A stretch of DNA of 63,856 nt, the filler included, from Octopus bimaculoides (taxonomy: Eukaryota): assembly GCF_001194135.2 (NCBI RefSeq). It is 7 parts of 7 records of this genome, joined end to end, with 100 filler letters (N's around TTAATTAATTAA, not from the genome) between each part and the next. Parts side by side here need not be neighbours in the genome. Positions count along the whole stretch, not along the records: positions 33,540 to 47,756 come from NC_068991.1; positions 47,857 to 52,618 come from NC_068984.1; 5 more parts are not named here. One strand, written 5' to 3'. The notes beneath the pieces are model-generated. The model was not told the DNA's origin. It made no database searches and saw nothing but the letters and a program-made list of their open reading frames with translations. The position numbers and the translations under genes are program-made. Shown piece by piece: positions 39,501 through 51,681 of this stretch (position 1 is the first letter of the stretch; each line of letters begins with the position of its first letter).

Positions 39501-40040
39501 ATCTTAAAGCAATCTTTCAGGCTCTTTTTATGTGTTATATATAATTTTTAAATACAAGGTGCAGCCTTCTGGCTCACCAGCCCTCATTCAAACTGTCCAA
39601 CCCAAGCTGGCATGGAAAGCGGATGTTAAATGACGATGATGATGATGATGATGAAGGATACTGGTCAGTGAGGAAATAAGAAAAAATGTGGGAAAAATGT
39701 GAAGAATGTTGATAAAAAAAAAAATGAAACAAGAAAAAAGAAACAAAATCAAGACTAGAAAGTTTGGTATATTTTTAATTCCATGAAGCACATGTTTCAT
39801 TATAGTAAGGAAATACATTATCAACATAACTTAACGGTAATAATGTATTGAACACAATAAAATCGTAAGAGGTATGTACATGTGGAAAACATGTATAGGA
39901 TCTCCTATATGTAATTCCTCAGACAAAGACTCAAACTCTTGTCTGATAAAGAATGAAAAGAAAAGAGAATAAGCAAGAAATTCATTTTTACATTTGTCTT
40001 TGAAGGATTATTAATTTAATGTTGAGTATAAGGTATGGTG

Positions 40041-40098
40041 AAACAATTGGTGACATGGGTAGCTTCATAAAACAATTGGTGACATGGGTAGCTTCATA
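40041..40098 (+). repeat. Perfect 29-bp tandem duplication
   Basis: aaacaattggtgacatgggtagcttcata twice. Confidence 0.85.
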
Positions 40099-41379
40099 TG
40101 TCTACTTTCTAATAGATTTTTTAGTAACTAACTGCTTCCATACTGCCACATGTAGAAGAAGTCTTTTTGCATTTTTAGTCAGACCTCATATATATATGAG
40201 CAAGTGTCTTCTATCATAGCCTCGGGCTGACCAAAGCCTTATGAGTAGATTTAGTAGACAGAAACTGAAAGAAGCCCATCGTATATATACATATATATAA
40301 TTATGTATATGTTTGTGTGTTTGTGTTTGCCTCACCACACACACACACCATCGCTTGACAACCAATGTTGGTGTGTTTACATCCCTGTAACTTAGTGGTT
40401 CACCAAAAATGACCAATAGAATAAGTACTAGGCTTACAAAGAATAAGTCCTGGGGTTGATTTGTACGACTAAAGGTGGCGCTCCAGCATGGCTGCAGTCA
40501 AATGACTGAAATGAGTAAAAAATAAAATATATTAATGTAAAGTGGTTACGTTCTATACTCAGGACAGCACACACACACACACACACACACCACACACACA
40601 CACACACACACATACACTCATATACATACATATACACTCATGCCATACGGTGTCAATTGTCTTGTATTCAAGGATAAAGAGATATCCACCTGCTGGTACA
40701 GTGTACATAATGAGCATTGCTTTGCTGTTATACTTCAATAAGCATGCACTATCTGTAATTCTAGAATCAGAATCTAATTCTAAAATGACATGGCTGGCTG
40801 GAATGGTTACTCGTGTTGTTGTTTTATTTTTGCTATCATTCTTGCTGTGTAGCCCCAGATTATCCTGAATCACCTGAGCTACTGTAACTGATGTTATAAT
40901 CACTATTGTTGTTGTTGTTGTTGTTGTACTCCTACAGTCCCATTCAATTCTACTCAAGCTGGACAACGTGAATATCTTCAGTGATCAATCCTTCTCTCCT
41001 TCTCTCTCTCTCTCTCACCACACACAAACACTCATACACACACACTGATCAATACATACATACATATATATGTACATATCAATAATATGATTTAAGAACA
41101 AACATTGAATTCAGGTTAATAAGCTTTATATATCCACACTTCTATGCACTTCATTACATATAAATGATACCATGACATTCAAATGTCAAACCAAAAATGA
41201 ACACCAGGTAAAAATCATTAAAAAATATAAAATACACAGACCTGCCCAGAACACATATATAAAAATTGATTAAAAATTATCTAAAAAAGACTATTACAGT
41301 AAGTAAATTGACTAAAAATTTAAAGAAGAAAGTATAAAAAAAATTAAATTATACCCAACAATGAAAATTATATATAAAA

Positions 41380-42850
41380 TGTAAAAGTCCATGATAATTG
41401 CAGGAGCATGATATGAATCCAGTTGGGTAACAAATCCACATCTTCACAAATCATCCCAAAAGGTAATTTAACATCCAGTATCTACGACCATTTCGAGAAT
41501 TCATTGCTGTTGCCCCCATGTACGCTATACGCATCTTAGGGCAATGGCCCCCTCATCAGGATGAACAAAGTTTCAGAGGGTTACACATTTTAAAGTTACT
41601 GTAGGGGCTTGAACTGCTATTTATAATACAACCTTTAACTGGATTAGTCCAAAAATACTACAAAAAAACAAGACAATTTTTTAGATTTAATTATATGGCA
41701 AACAAACTAGGTGGTTTCCATTCATACAAATTTAAATATCTGGTTTTAAAGTCTAGTAATGTAATACTATTTAACACCTTTAATCTTTTTCTGATATATT
41801 TTTAAAAATATCGAAGAAAATTTATGATTTCAGAAAGGGATTACCTCAGTGAACTTATTTAATGTTTTAGGTCCAAAAGTTTTGAGAATGGTGAGAGATA
41901 CCCTTATTCATAACCTACATTTATTAATATTGGCGCTAAAACAAGGGGCCCTCGAAATCAGAGATCATTCAAGATTGTAAATTCTTTTGTCCCTCCTTAA
42001 ACTATGTACATAAGAGGCCAATGTAGTCAAATTATAGTATTTATCATTAGAAAAAGAATTTACATGGGTCCTGTATCTAGTTTTAAAATTAACGGTGCAA
42101 CCAATGTAGACCCTATCTGAACTGTCCTTCTCTTTAATGACACACTTATAAATCACATTGGTAATCATACATGATACCTTCAAAGGGCATAATTTAGGGT
42201 CTCTGAAGTTACAGGTTTTTCCAGCTCTGCCCCTATCCTTATTCCTAATACTAACATTGTTAACCTGGTCTACTATATGCCTCACTTCAAACTTCCTCTT
42301 TGCATGGGTTGGTAATGCTGGTGAGGGTGAAAGGTTGGTAATGCCAGTGTTAGGTTTATTGGAGCTTACAATCCCATTGCTATAACCAATGATGTGGGAG
42401 AACTCCTCTTGCATTTGTCCTCTTAATTTGCTTCTGTTGATAGATACCATGATAGAGACCAAGTTGGGCATTACCGAATAGGAAAACTTTTTGGAGGATT
42501 TATTAGAAAATTTTTTATATTTATGACTGTTAGGGAAGTTCGCCTTGAGAATCTTAAAGAATAACTTGGGCAGATTCCTTACCCTAAGAGAAAATGGTGG
42601 GGCAAATCATATGACTTCTCTCCTTCTGGAGTGAGAGTTCTTAGTTCTACTTAACTCTTCATGGCAGTTATTTTTCTTTTGAAATTGGTTCCTGAAGTTC
42701 CTATGTATATATCTACTGGGTGGCTTATACTTTTTACAGCTAACTAAGGTATTGTGCTTCTCAAGATTTTCCACAGCATGGTGGTAGGCCAGCCAGTTTG
42801 TTCTTGAATCTTGTATCGGGTATAAAAAATATTTTAGTCTTAAATCCACT
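41380..42850 (-). mobile_element. Penelope-like element, 3' part (linker + GIY-YIG endonuclease + 3' UTR), pseudogenised
   Basis: FAPPFSL..FP.SHKY..SYSVMPNL linker, CNFRDPKLCPLKVSC Cys motif, VIYKC...VYIGCTVNFKTRYRTH GIY-YIG motif; stops and frameshifts present. Confidence 0.85.
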
Positions 42851-43352
42851 AAAACACAGAGCAGACAAATTAGATATTCTTATCAAAATAGCAGTAACAA
42901 TGCTATCTATGGTGGATTTTGGATGATTTGAGGATGCATTTCAATCAAAGGAAACGTAATTTATAATTTACTTCTTGTTATACAAGAGTGGCTGTGTGGT
43001 AAGAAGCTTGCTTCCCAACCATATGGTTCCGGATTCAGTCCCACTGCGTGGCACCTTGGGCAAGTGTCTGCTACAATAGCCTCAGGCCACACAAAGCCTT
43101 GTGAGTGGATTTGGTAGACGGAAACTGAAGGAAGCCCATTGTATATGTATATGCGACTACTATTACCATTGCCACCACTATCATCATAATTGTTTTAACA
43201 TCTACTTCTCCATACCCGCATGGCTCAGATGACTGTATTATATTGGAGCAGAATCGTCACTGACTGGATGCTCTTTCTCCCAGGTGAGGTAATAATCTCT
43301 CTGTCAGCACTAGACAGAGAGGAAGAAGCAGAGAGAGAGAGAGAGAGCGAGA

Positions 43353-43388
<36 letters not shown>

Positions 43389-43389
43389 A

Positions 43390-43433
<44 letters not shown>

Positions 43434-44324
43434 CGAGAGGGAGAGAGAGAGAGAAAGAGAGAGAGNNNNNNNNNNNNNNNNNNNNNNNNNNNNNNNNNNN
43501 NNNNNNNNNNNNNNNNNNNNNNNNNNNNNNNNNNNNNNNNNNNNNNNNNNNNNNNNNNNNNNNNNNNNNNNNNNNNNNNNNNNNNNNNNNNNNNNNNNNN
43601 NNNNNNNNNNNNNNNNNNNNNNNNNNNNNNNNNNNNNNNNNNNNNNNNNNNNNNNNNNNNNNNNNNNNNNNNNNNNNNNNNNNNNNNNNNNNNNNNNNNN
43701 NNNNNNNNNNNNNNNNNNNNNNNNNNNNNNNNNNNNNNNNNNNNNNNNNNNNNNNNNNNNNNNNNNNNNNNNNNNNNNNNNNNNNNNNNNNNNNNNNNNN
43801 NNNNNNNNNNNNNNNNNNNNNNNNNNNNNNNNNNNNNNNNNNNNNNNNNNNNNNNNNNNNNNNNNNNNNNNNNNNNNNNNNNNNNNNNNNNNNNNNNNNN
43901 NNNNNNNNNNNNNNNNNNNNNNNNNNNNNNNNNNNNNNNNNNNNNNNNNNNNNNNNNNNNNNNNNNNNNNNNNNNNNNNNNNNNNNNNNNNNNNNNNNNN
44001 NNNNNNNNNNNNNNNNNNNNNNNNNNNNNNNNNNNNNNNNNNNNNNNNNNNNNNNNNNNNNNNNNNNNNNNNNNNNNNNNNNNNNNNNNNNNNNNNNNNN
44101 NNNNNNNNNNNNNNNNNNNNNNNNNNNNNNNNNNNNNNNNNNNNNNNNNNNNNNNNNNNNNNNNNNNNNNNNNNTATATATACGATGGGCTTCTTTCAGT
44201 TTCGACCTACCAAATCCACTCACAAAGGCTTTAGTCATCCTGAAGCTATAGTAAAAGATGCATGCCCAAGGTGCCACGCAGTGGGACTGAACCCGGAACC
44301 ATGCAATTGGGAAGCAAGTTTCTT

Positions 44325-44885
44325 ACCACACAGTCATACCTGATGCATGAAATGTGAGAGAAACAGGTCTTTGAGTTTTAGCTTCAGCCCTGCTACCTCC
44401 TTTGGGTATAGGTGTTACTATTGCATCTTTCAGTACTTCTAGGAATTCACTGGTATCTAGCGACTTTTGAAATAGCATCTTTAATGGCTTGGTGAGGCTG
44501 TTTTGGCACATTTTTAGCAATATGGCTGGATACTCTTGGTCCAGATGTTGAGTTTGAATCTAGTTCATTAATAACTGCAAATGTATCATCTTCCATAATA
44601 TCATTAACTTCTAGATGTGTTTGTGCAGTTGAATTCTGGGAATTCTGGGAATCAAAGAATTTGTTAGGACTATGTACTATTTTGTTAATTATAGGTTGGG
44701 AAAATGCACTGTTATATTGTTGAATTAGGAGTGTACATGTTTGTGATAAATCATTGGTATACGATCTGCCTTGGTCCATTAAATGGCTAATCTGGTTATG
44801 TGTAGATGGTTTTTGTTTAGCAAAATGGAAAAACAACTTAGGATTAGTCTTTATACTTTCCACTGCTTGGTGTTCCTTTAGCAAA
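44325..44885 (-). mobile_element. CR1-like LINE ORF2 fragment (tether region and RT N-terminus)
   Basis: SIKTNPKLFFHFAK, SGPEYPAILLKMC..SLTKPLKMLFQKSL, AIVTPIPKGGSR....RPVSLT; frameshifted. Confidence 0.8.
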
Positions 44886-44947
44886 GTAGTTTTTAATTAG
44901 ATTTCTTTAGGTCCAGTTCAATGCTCTTTATTTTTTGTTTTTTACTT

Positions 44948-44949
<2 letters not shown>

Positions 44950-44983
<34 letters not shown>

Positions 44984-45171
44984 GTTTAATGTCCGCTTTC
45001 CATGCTAGCATGGGTTGGATGATTTGACTGAAGACTGGTGGACCAGGAGGCGAAACCAGGCTCCAATCTGATTTGGCAGAGTTTCTACAGCTGAATGCCC
45101 TTCCTAATGCCAACCACTCCGAGAGTGTAGTGGGTGCTTTTACATGCCACCGGTACGAGGGCCAGTCTGGT
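44950..45171 (-). mobile_element. RTE-related 3' UTR / derived SINE
   Basis: (CAT)n followed by cgtttaatgtccgctttccatgctagcatgggttgg; homologous to 33540-33828. Confidence 0.75.
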
Positions 45172-45802
45172 NNNNNNNNNNNNNNNNNNNNNNNNNNNNN
45201 NNNNNNNNNNNNNNNNNNNNNNNNNNNNNNNNNNNNNNNNNNNNNNNNNNNNNNNNNNNNNNNNNNNNNNNNNNNNNNNNNNNNNNNNNNNNNNNNNNNN
45301 NNNNNNNNNNNNNNNNNNNNNNNNNNNNNNNNNNNNNNNNNNNNNNNNNNNNNNNNNNNNNNNNNNNNNNNNNNNNNNNNNNNNNNNNNNNNNNNNNNNN
45401 NNNNNNNNNNNNNNNNNNNNNNNNNNNNNNNNNNNNNNNNNNNNNNNNNNNNNNNNNNNNNNNNNNNNNNNNNNNNNNNNNNNNNNNNNNNNNNNNNNNN
45501 NNNNNNNNNNNNNNNNNNNNNNNNNNNNNNNNNNNNNNNNNNNNNNNNNNNNNNNNNNNNNNNNNNNNNNNNNNNNNNNNNNNNNNNNNNNNNNNNNNNN
45601 NNNNNNNNNNNNNNNNNNNNNNNNNNNNNNNNNNNNNNNNNNNNNNNNNNNNNNNNNNNNNNNNNNNNNNNNNNNNNNNNNNNNNNNNNNNNNNNNNNNN
45701 NNNNNNNNNNNNNNNNNNNNNNNNNNNNNNNNNNNNNNNNNNNNNNNNNNNNNNNNNNNNNNNNNNNNNNNNNNNNNNNNNNNNNNNNNNNNNNNNNNNN
45801 NN

Positions 45803-45875
45803 TCCTGTCTATTTTTGCCAAGGGAAGTTATCCCAAGATGGGAGGGATAACTTCCCTTGGCAAAAATAGACAGGA
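45803..45875. repeat. Perfect 32-bp hairpin, 9-nt loop, at a gap edge
   Basis: tcctgtctatttttgccaagggaagttatccc / gggataacttcccttggcaaaaatagacagga. Confidence 0.8.
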
Positions 45876-46033
45876 CACAGATGTGTGTCGATAAGCCAGC
45901 TGGAGGAGATGTTCTCCTGGGGCTAAAAGCAACAGTAACATCCACCCTTAGGGGTCAGCCACATTTAAATGGCAAATATACTTCACTTTATCGTGCAGTT
46001 ACTGTTAATACCTCGTTCAGAGATTTAACATTG

Positions 46034-46071
<38 letters not shown>

Positions 46072-46189
46072 ATTTACATGAAGTTAATATATGTCTGGTC
46101 ATAGCTTGACCAATGTTTTCATTTCTATAAAGCACTTAGCTTTATAGATTACTTGTCAGACTCAAATGACCACGATCCACTGATGATAA

Positions 46190-47260
46190 TCATCATCATC
46201 ATCATTTAACTTCCATTGTCCATGCTGACATGGGTTGGATGGTTTAACCAGGGTTGGTAAGCTGAAGAGCTGCACCAGATTCCAGTCTGATTTGGCATGG
46301 TTTCTACGGCTGGATGCCCTTCCTAATGCCAACCACTCCAAGAGTGTAATGCATGATTTAACATTCCACTGGCACAGGTGCCATTTGTGTGACACCAGTA
46401 TCTGCCATGACTATGGCTTCACTTGGCTTGATGGCTCTTCTTCCTAAGCACAGCATATTCTTTTCTACTCTAGGCACAAGGCTCGAAATTTTGAGGGAGG
46501 TGGGGGCCAGTCGATTAAATTGACCTCAGTACACAACTGGTGCTTAATTTATCGAGCCCGAAAGGATAAAAGGCAAAGTTGAATTCAGTGGAATTTGAAC
46601 TCAGGACGTAAAGACAGACGAAATACCACTAAGCATTTCGCCCGGCATGCTAACGTTTCTTATTTCTTTATTGCCCACAAGGGACTAAACACAGAGGGGA
46701 CAAACAAGGACAGACAAAGGGATTAAGTCGATTACATCGACCCCAGTGTGCAACTGGTACTTAATTTATCGACCCCGAAAGGATGAAAGGCAAAGTCAAC
46801 CTTGGCTGAACTTGAACTCAGGATGTACAGACAGATGAAATACCGCTAAGCATTTTGCCCAGCCTGCAAACATTTCTGTCAGCTTGCTGCCTTCTCAAGC
46901 ACATCATATTGTCAAAGGTCTCTGTTATTTGTCATTGCTTCTGTGAGGCCCAATCTTCGAAGGGTGCCTCTTATATCCCACTGGCATGAGTGCCAGTTAA
47001 ATGACACTAGCATCAGCCACATGGCCTCTATGAAGCCCAAAATTCGAAAGGTGTTTTCTACGTGCCAGTTTCATGACACCGGCATTGGCCATGACTACGA
47101 TTTCACTTGGGTTGATGGGTCTTCTCAAGCATGGCATGTTGCCAAGGGTCTCAGTCACTAGTCATTGCCTCTGTGAGGCCCAACATTTGAAGATCATGCT
47201 TCATCACCTTGTCCCAAGTCTTCCTGGGTCTACCTCTTCCACAGGTTTCCTCCACAATTA
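46190..47260 (-). mobile_element. RTE LINE 3' end with (GAT)n tail, partly duplicated and interrupted by a SINE dimer
   Basis: VEETCGRGRPRKTWDKVMKHDLQMLGLTEAMTSD (RTE ORF2 C-terminus) followed by a 3' UTR shared with 33540-33828 and 44950-45171. Confidence 0.8.
46460..46890 (-). mobile_element. Dimeric SINE family A
   Basis: Two monomers head to tail; degenerate flanking duplication ttcctaagcacagcatatt / ttctcaagcacatcatatt. Confidence 0.75.
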
Positions 47261-47266
47261 GAAATT

Positions 47267-47310
<44 letters not shown>

Positions 47311-48204
47311 AGAGAAATACATTCATTATGAGTTACCATTTATAAAATACAATGTCACAGCTAACAGCCTATCTTAAACGTATTGTGTTCATTACATTAA
47401 CACACATGCGCTCTCACACATGCGCTCTCACACATGCATAAATACTCACAAACACACACACACATTACATATTACTTCCTTACCCACACTCTCTATTCAC
47501 TCACTCGCTTGCATACTTTCTTTCTCTCTTTTTCTCCCTCCCTCTTTCTTTCTGTTTCTCTCTTTTCCTCCCCCCACCCTCTTTCTCTCTCTGTCTCTCT
47601 CTCTCTCACTTATTTTACAGACACCAACATTATAACAATAACATAACTTGTTTTGTTTTCTTAATTAACTGTCAAATGTTGATGTCTCATTAGAATTTTC
47701 TTTTCTTTTATTTCACTCACCTCCCACCTCCTGGCCCTGACCAACCCACAACCACCNNNNNNNNNNNNNNNNNNNNNNNNNNNNNNNNNNNNNNNNNNNN
47801 TTAATTAATTAANNNNNNNNNNNNNNNNNNNNNNNNNNNNNNNNNNNNNNNNNNNNTGTGTGTGTGTGTGTGTGTGTGTGTGTATGGGAGTGCCTAGTGT
47901 TTGTTTGTTCAATGGTAGACTGTCTTGTGTTTTTCATTGATTGTATGTTTTCTTTCTGTGTTACAGTGTTTGTATTTCTTGCAACTCTAGGTGGGTGGAT
48001 GTTAATAGTTTGTTTATGGTTTGTTGGTGAGTTATTGGTGAGTGTTTTTGTTTATTAATTTGTTTATTTATTTATGTATTTTTCTTTATACTTTTATTCA
48101 TCTTTTCTTGTGTGTGTATGTGCATGTGTAAAGCACGGACACACAGATGCACACACACACACCAAGTACACACACATACCACAAAAACAAACAAAAGATT
48201 CTTT

Positions 48205-48605
48205 TATCTTTTATCTTTTACTTGTTTCAGTCATTTGACTGCGACTGTGCTGGAGCACCACCTTTAGTCGAGCAAATCGACCCCGGGACTTATTCTTTGG
48301 AAGCCTAGTACTTATTCTATCGGGCTCTTTTGTCAAACCGGTAAGTTCCGGGGATGTACACACACCACCATCGGTTGTCAAGCGATGTTCGGGAGACAAA
48401 CACAAACACACAAACATATACACACATATACACATACATATACATATATATGACGAGTTTCTTTCAGTTTCCGTCTACCAAATCCACTCACAAGGCTTTG
48501 GTCGGCCCGAGGCTATAGCAGAAGACACTTGCCCAAGGTGCCATGCAGTGGGAATGAACCCATTATCATGTGGTTGGTAAGCTACTTACCACACAGCCAC
48601 TCCTG
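48205..48605 (-). mobile_element. SINE family B, near full length
   Basis: Reverse complement of the 6825-7230 motifs. Confidence 0.85.
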
Positions 48606-49373
48606 ACCTATTCATTAGTGATTTAGTTAACAGATGTTTATTTATCATAACAAAAGCAAAAATGCATTCTAACATTTGTTAATGATGCATCGATCACTAT
48701 ATGCCAGGATCACTCATAAAGGAATTCATAACCACTACCAACACCACACCTCAAACATTTGTATATTTTGTTCCTTGACCACTTGTAAAGTAATTATTCC
48801 TCCCAGATTTAGGTAATAGAATGCCAACTAACCACATACACACACACACACATGTGCACATTCACATATGTGCATGCACACACACACACTCATGTGCACA
48901 TATGTGCACACACTTGTGCACATACACATGCATGCACACAGTCACACACACATGCATACATGCAGACACATGCACACACATGCAGACACACACACACATG
49001 CACACACAGTCACACACACATATGTGCATGTACACATGTATGCACATACATGCATGTGAACACACATGCATGCACACACATGCACTCATTCATGCGTACA
49101 TGCACACACACACACACATACATAAACATGCACACACACACACATTTTCTTGAAGTAATGTCAATAAATAAAATTCTAAAGAAATACTAATTACCACACT
49201 CAGTTATTCCTCCAAGAAATTCAATAATAAACAATTGTTCTTACAAAACAATCCTCCAAACTCAGCTTTTAAAAGCCCCATTCATTAGTGATTTAGTTAA
49301 TTGATGAACCCTTAATTACTTCTTCAAAAAAGTAGTCAAAAATATTCAATTAAAAAAAAAACTTTGTAGTTAG

Positions 49374-49797
49374 GTGCAGGCATGGCTGTGTGGTAGGAAG
49401 CTTGCTTCCCAACCACATGGTTCCTGGTTCAGTTCCTGTGTGGCACGTTGGACAAGTGTTTTCTGCTATAGCCTCAGGCTGACCAAAGCCTTGTGAGTGG
49501 ATTTGATAGACAGAAACTAAAAGAAGCCTGGTTGTATATTTATATATATATATATATATGTATGTATTTCTGTGTGTGTTTGTGTCTGTATTTGAACCCC
49601 CATCATCACTTGACAACTGGTGTTGGTATGTTTATGTCACTGTAACTTAGCAGTTTGGCAAAAGAGACTGATAGAATAAGTACTAGGCTTATAACGAATA
49701 AGTCTTGGGGTAGATTTCTTCAAGTAAAACGCTTTAAGATGCTGCTCCAGCATGGCCCCAATCAAATGACTGAAACAAGTAAAAGAATAAAAGAATA
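49374..49797 (+). mobile_element. SINE family B, near full length
   Basis: Same head, core and tail motifs as 6825-7230. Confidence 0.85.
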
Positions 49798-51054
49798 TAT
49801 TTATATATAATAGTTATCGCCAAGCCAACATGGCAGTCCCAAAATTAGGACGAATGCTGCCGTGGATTAACTCCAAGAGGCCATCGCCTCTAGCTAGCTA
49901 TGTGACACACGAAACTGTCTCCTTTATAACCTTCAAACAGGGGAGGTCAGCAGCTTCCCCTTGCTGGTTTGGCATCTGCAGACTAGACTAGTTTCAGGAT
50001 ATTGCCCCTTGTCAATGCCCTAGTCTCCTTTAGAGAGACTTAGAAATATTAATAACTCTATTTATATATACTTTTGTTGATTTGGGGATATAGTAGACGG
50101 CTCTTGCCCAAGGTACCATGTGGTGGGACAGAACCTAAAACTGCATGGTTGGAAAGCAAACTTCTTAACCACACAATGAAGAAAAGTGAGAGTAAAGTTT
50201 TCGTTTCAGAAACTTTGGCATGAAGAGTTTAAAGTTGCATTTCAAGATATGTGCAGAAAATATTCCATTACTAAACCATTTCTTTTTCATTACTAAAACT
50301 TTTAAAATTTCATTGTACATCTGTTCTTCCAAATAAGAAAAGTTTATCACCACTGGTCATTAGAATTAAACCATTTGTAGCAACATTGAACCTTCTTGTT
50401 CTCAATACATTGCACAATAATGAGTCTTCGTGTAGCAATGTTCTACATACATTTAAATGTGGACAGTTCATACATTGTTAATAATATTTGATTGTGATGT
50501 GTGTTCCTTCAACTACTTTTAGAGCTCAAATACAGCTTAGATTTAACTGATGCAAATAGTTATGAATGGTTATGAAGAATCTTTTAAATGACATTCATAC
50601 ACGTTGCAGTCTTAGTTTCACACTCAAAATATTTCTTACGTCTCCAGTAAACATGGCTTCTTCATTTTCTGTTGACAATGTAAGTGCATCTTTTAATCAA
50701 AAGTCTTGTTATCAGTTACAAACTCCATTTTATAAAGCGGAAAAGTTTGGATAATATATTTAGCAGTACCAGAACTGTCTAAGTGAAAATCTAAATTATA
50801 TCTATACAATTGTGAAATAGCAAAACAGTGGAATATATCTTGAGTTGTGAAGAAGTAGAAAGATCTAATGATTTGTCCTTCTTTGTGAGGTGGAGAAAAA
50901 TACAATGATCAGTCACTTAGGATGCAAGAATCTGAAATGAGAAAATGAAAGTTGGGAGAATAACATTGAAGGGTAGATATAGGGGTGAAGAATATTGTAA
51001 TAGGTTGTTATTTCCACTTTAGCCAGTTTTTATGGCGATTCATATTGGTTTCAA

Positions 51055-51425
51055 ATCATGGCACAGGGCCATCAAGTTCAGATGAAGGAGTAAGTTGATA
51101 ACAATGACCAGGGCCGGTCTTAGGGCTGCTGGCACCCCAGGCAAGCTGAACTTTAGCATATACAAGCTGACAGTCATGAAAATTTCCTTGTCTTTGTCAC
51201 ATCCTCCTTGGTACCCCCTGATACATAGCACCCCAGGCAAACTGCCCAAATTGCGAGTACCTTGAGCCTGCCCTGACAATGACCCCAGTGATCAACTGGT
51301 ACTTATTTTATCCACCTTGAAAAGATGAAAGGTAAAGTTGACCAGTGGAATTTGAACTCAAAACATAAAGATGGACAAAGTACCACTAAGCATTTTGCCC
51401 AGTTTGGTAACAATTCTGCCACATC
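51055..51425 (-). mobile_element. SINE family A copy interrupted by a hAT MITE
   Basis: Tail atggcacagggcc and core cccagtgatcaactggtacttatttt...ggaatttgaactc on either side of the MITE. Confidence 0.7.
51109..51275. mobile_element. hAT-type MITE with intact 8-bp TSD
   Basis: TSD ACAATGAC at 51101-51108 and 51276-51283; imperfect TIR CAGGGCCGGTCTTAGG / CCTTGAGCCTGCCCTG. Confidence 0.85.
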
Positions 51426-51608
51426 ACTACCTTATTGCAGCATTTCGTATTCACAGGCTGGTTATTCAATCCACAAAATACAAACTTTATTATGCAGTAA
51501 GGAGCTTTATTGTTTGCTCTCCTGCAAAATATATGCACAGTATATAACAAACACAACTACTTACATAGTTATATCCATGTTTTACTGAGCTTTAGACAAC
51601 AACAAGCG

Positions 51609-51668
51609 GTGGTAGAATGCTCGCCTGCCACGCGGGTAGCCCCTGTTCGATTCCCAGCCGATGCACCA
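51609..51668 (+). pseudogene. 5'-truncated tRNA-Gly(GCC) pseudogene ending in CCA
   Basis: GTGGTAGAATGCTCGCCTGCCACGCGGG...GTTCGATTCCCAGCCGATGCA-CCA; anticodon GCC at 51627-51629; first ~13 nt missing; T stem disrupted. Confidence 0.85.
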
Positions 51669-51681
51669 TTTCTTTTTTTTA

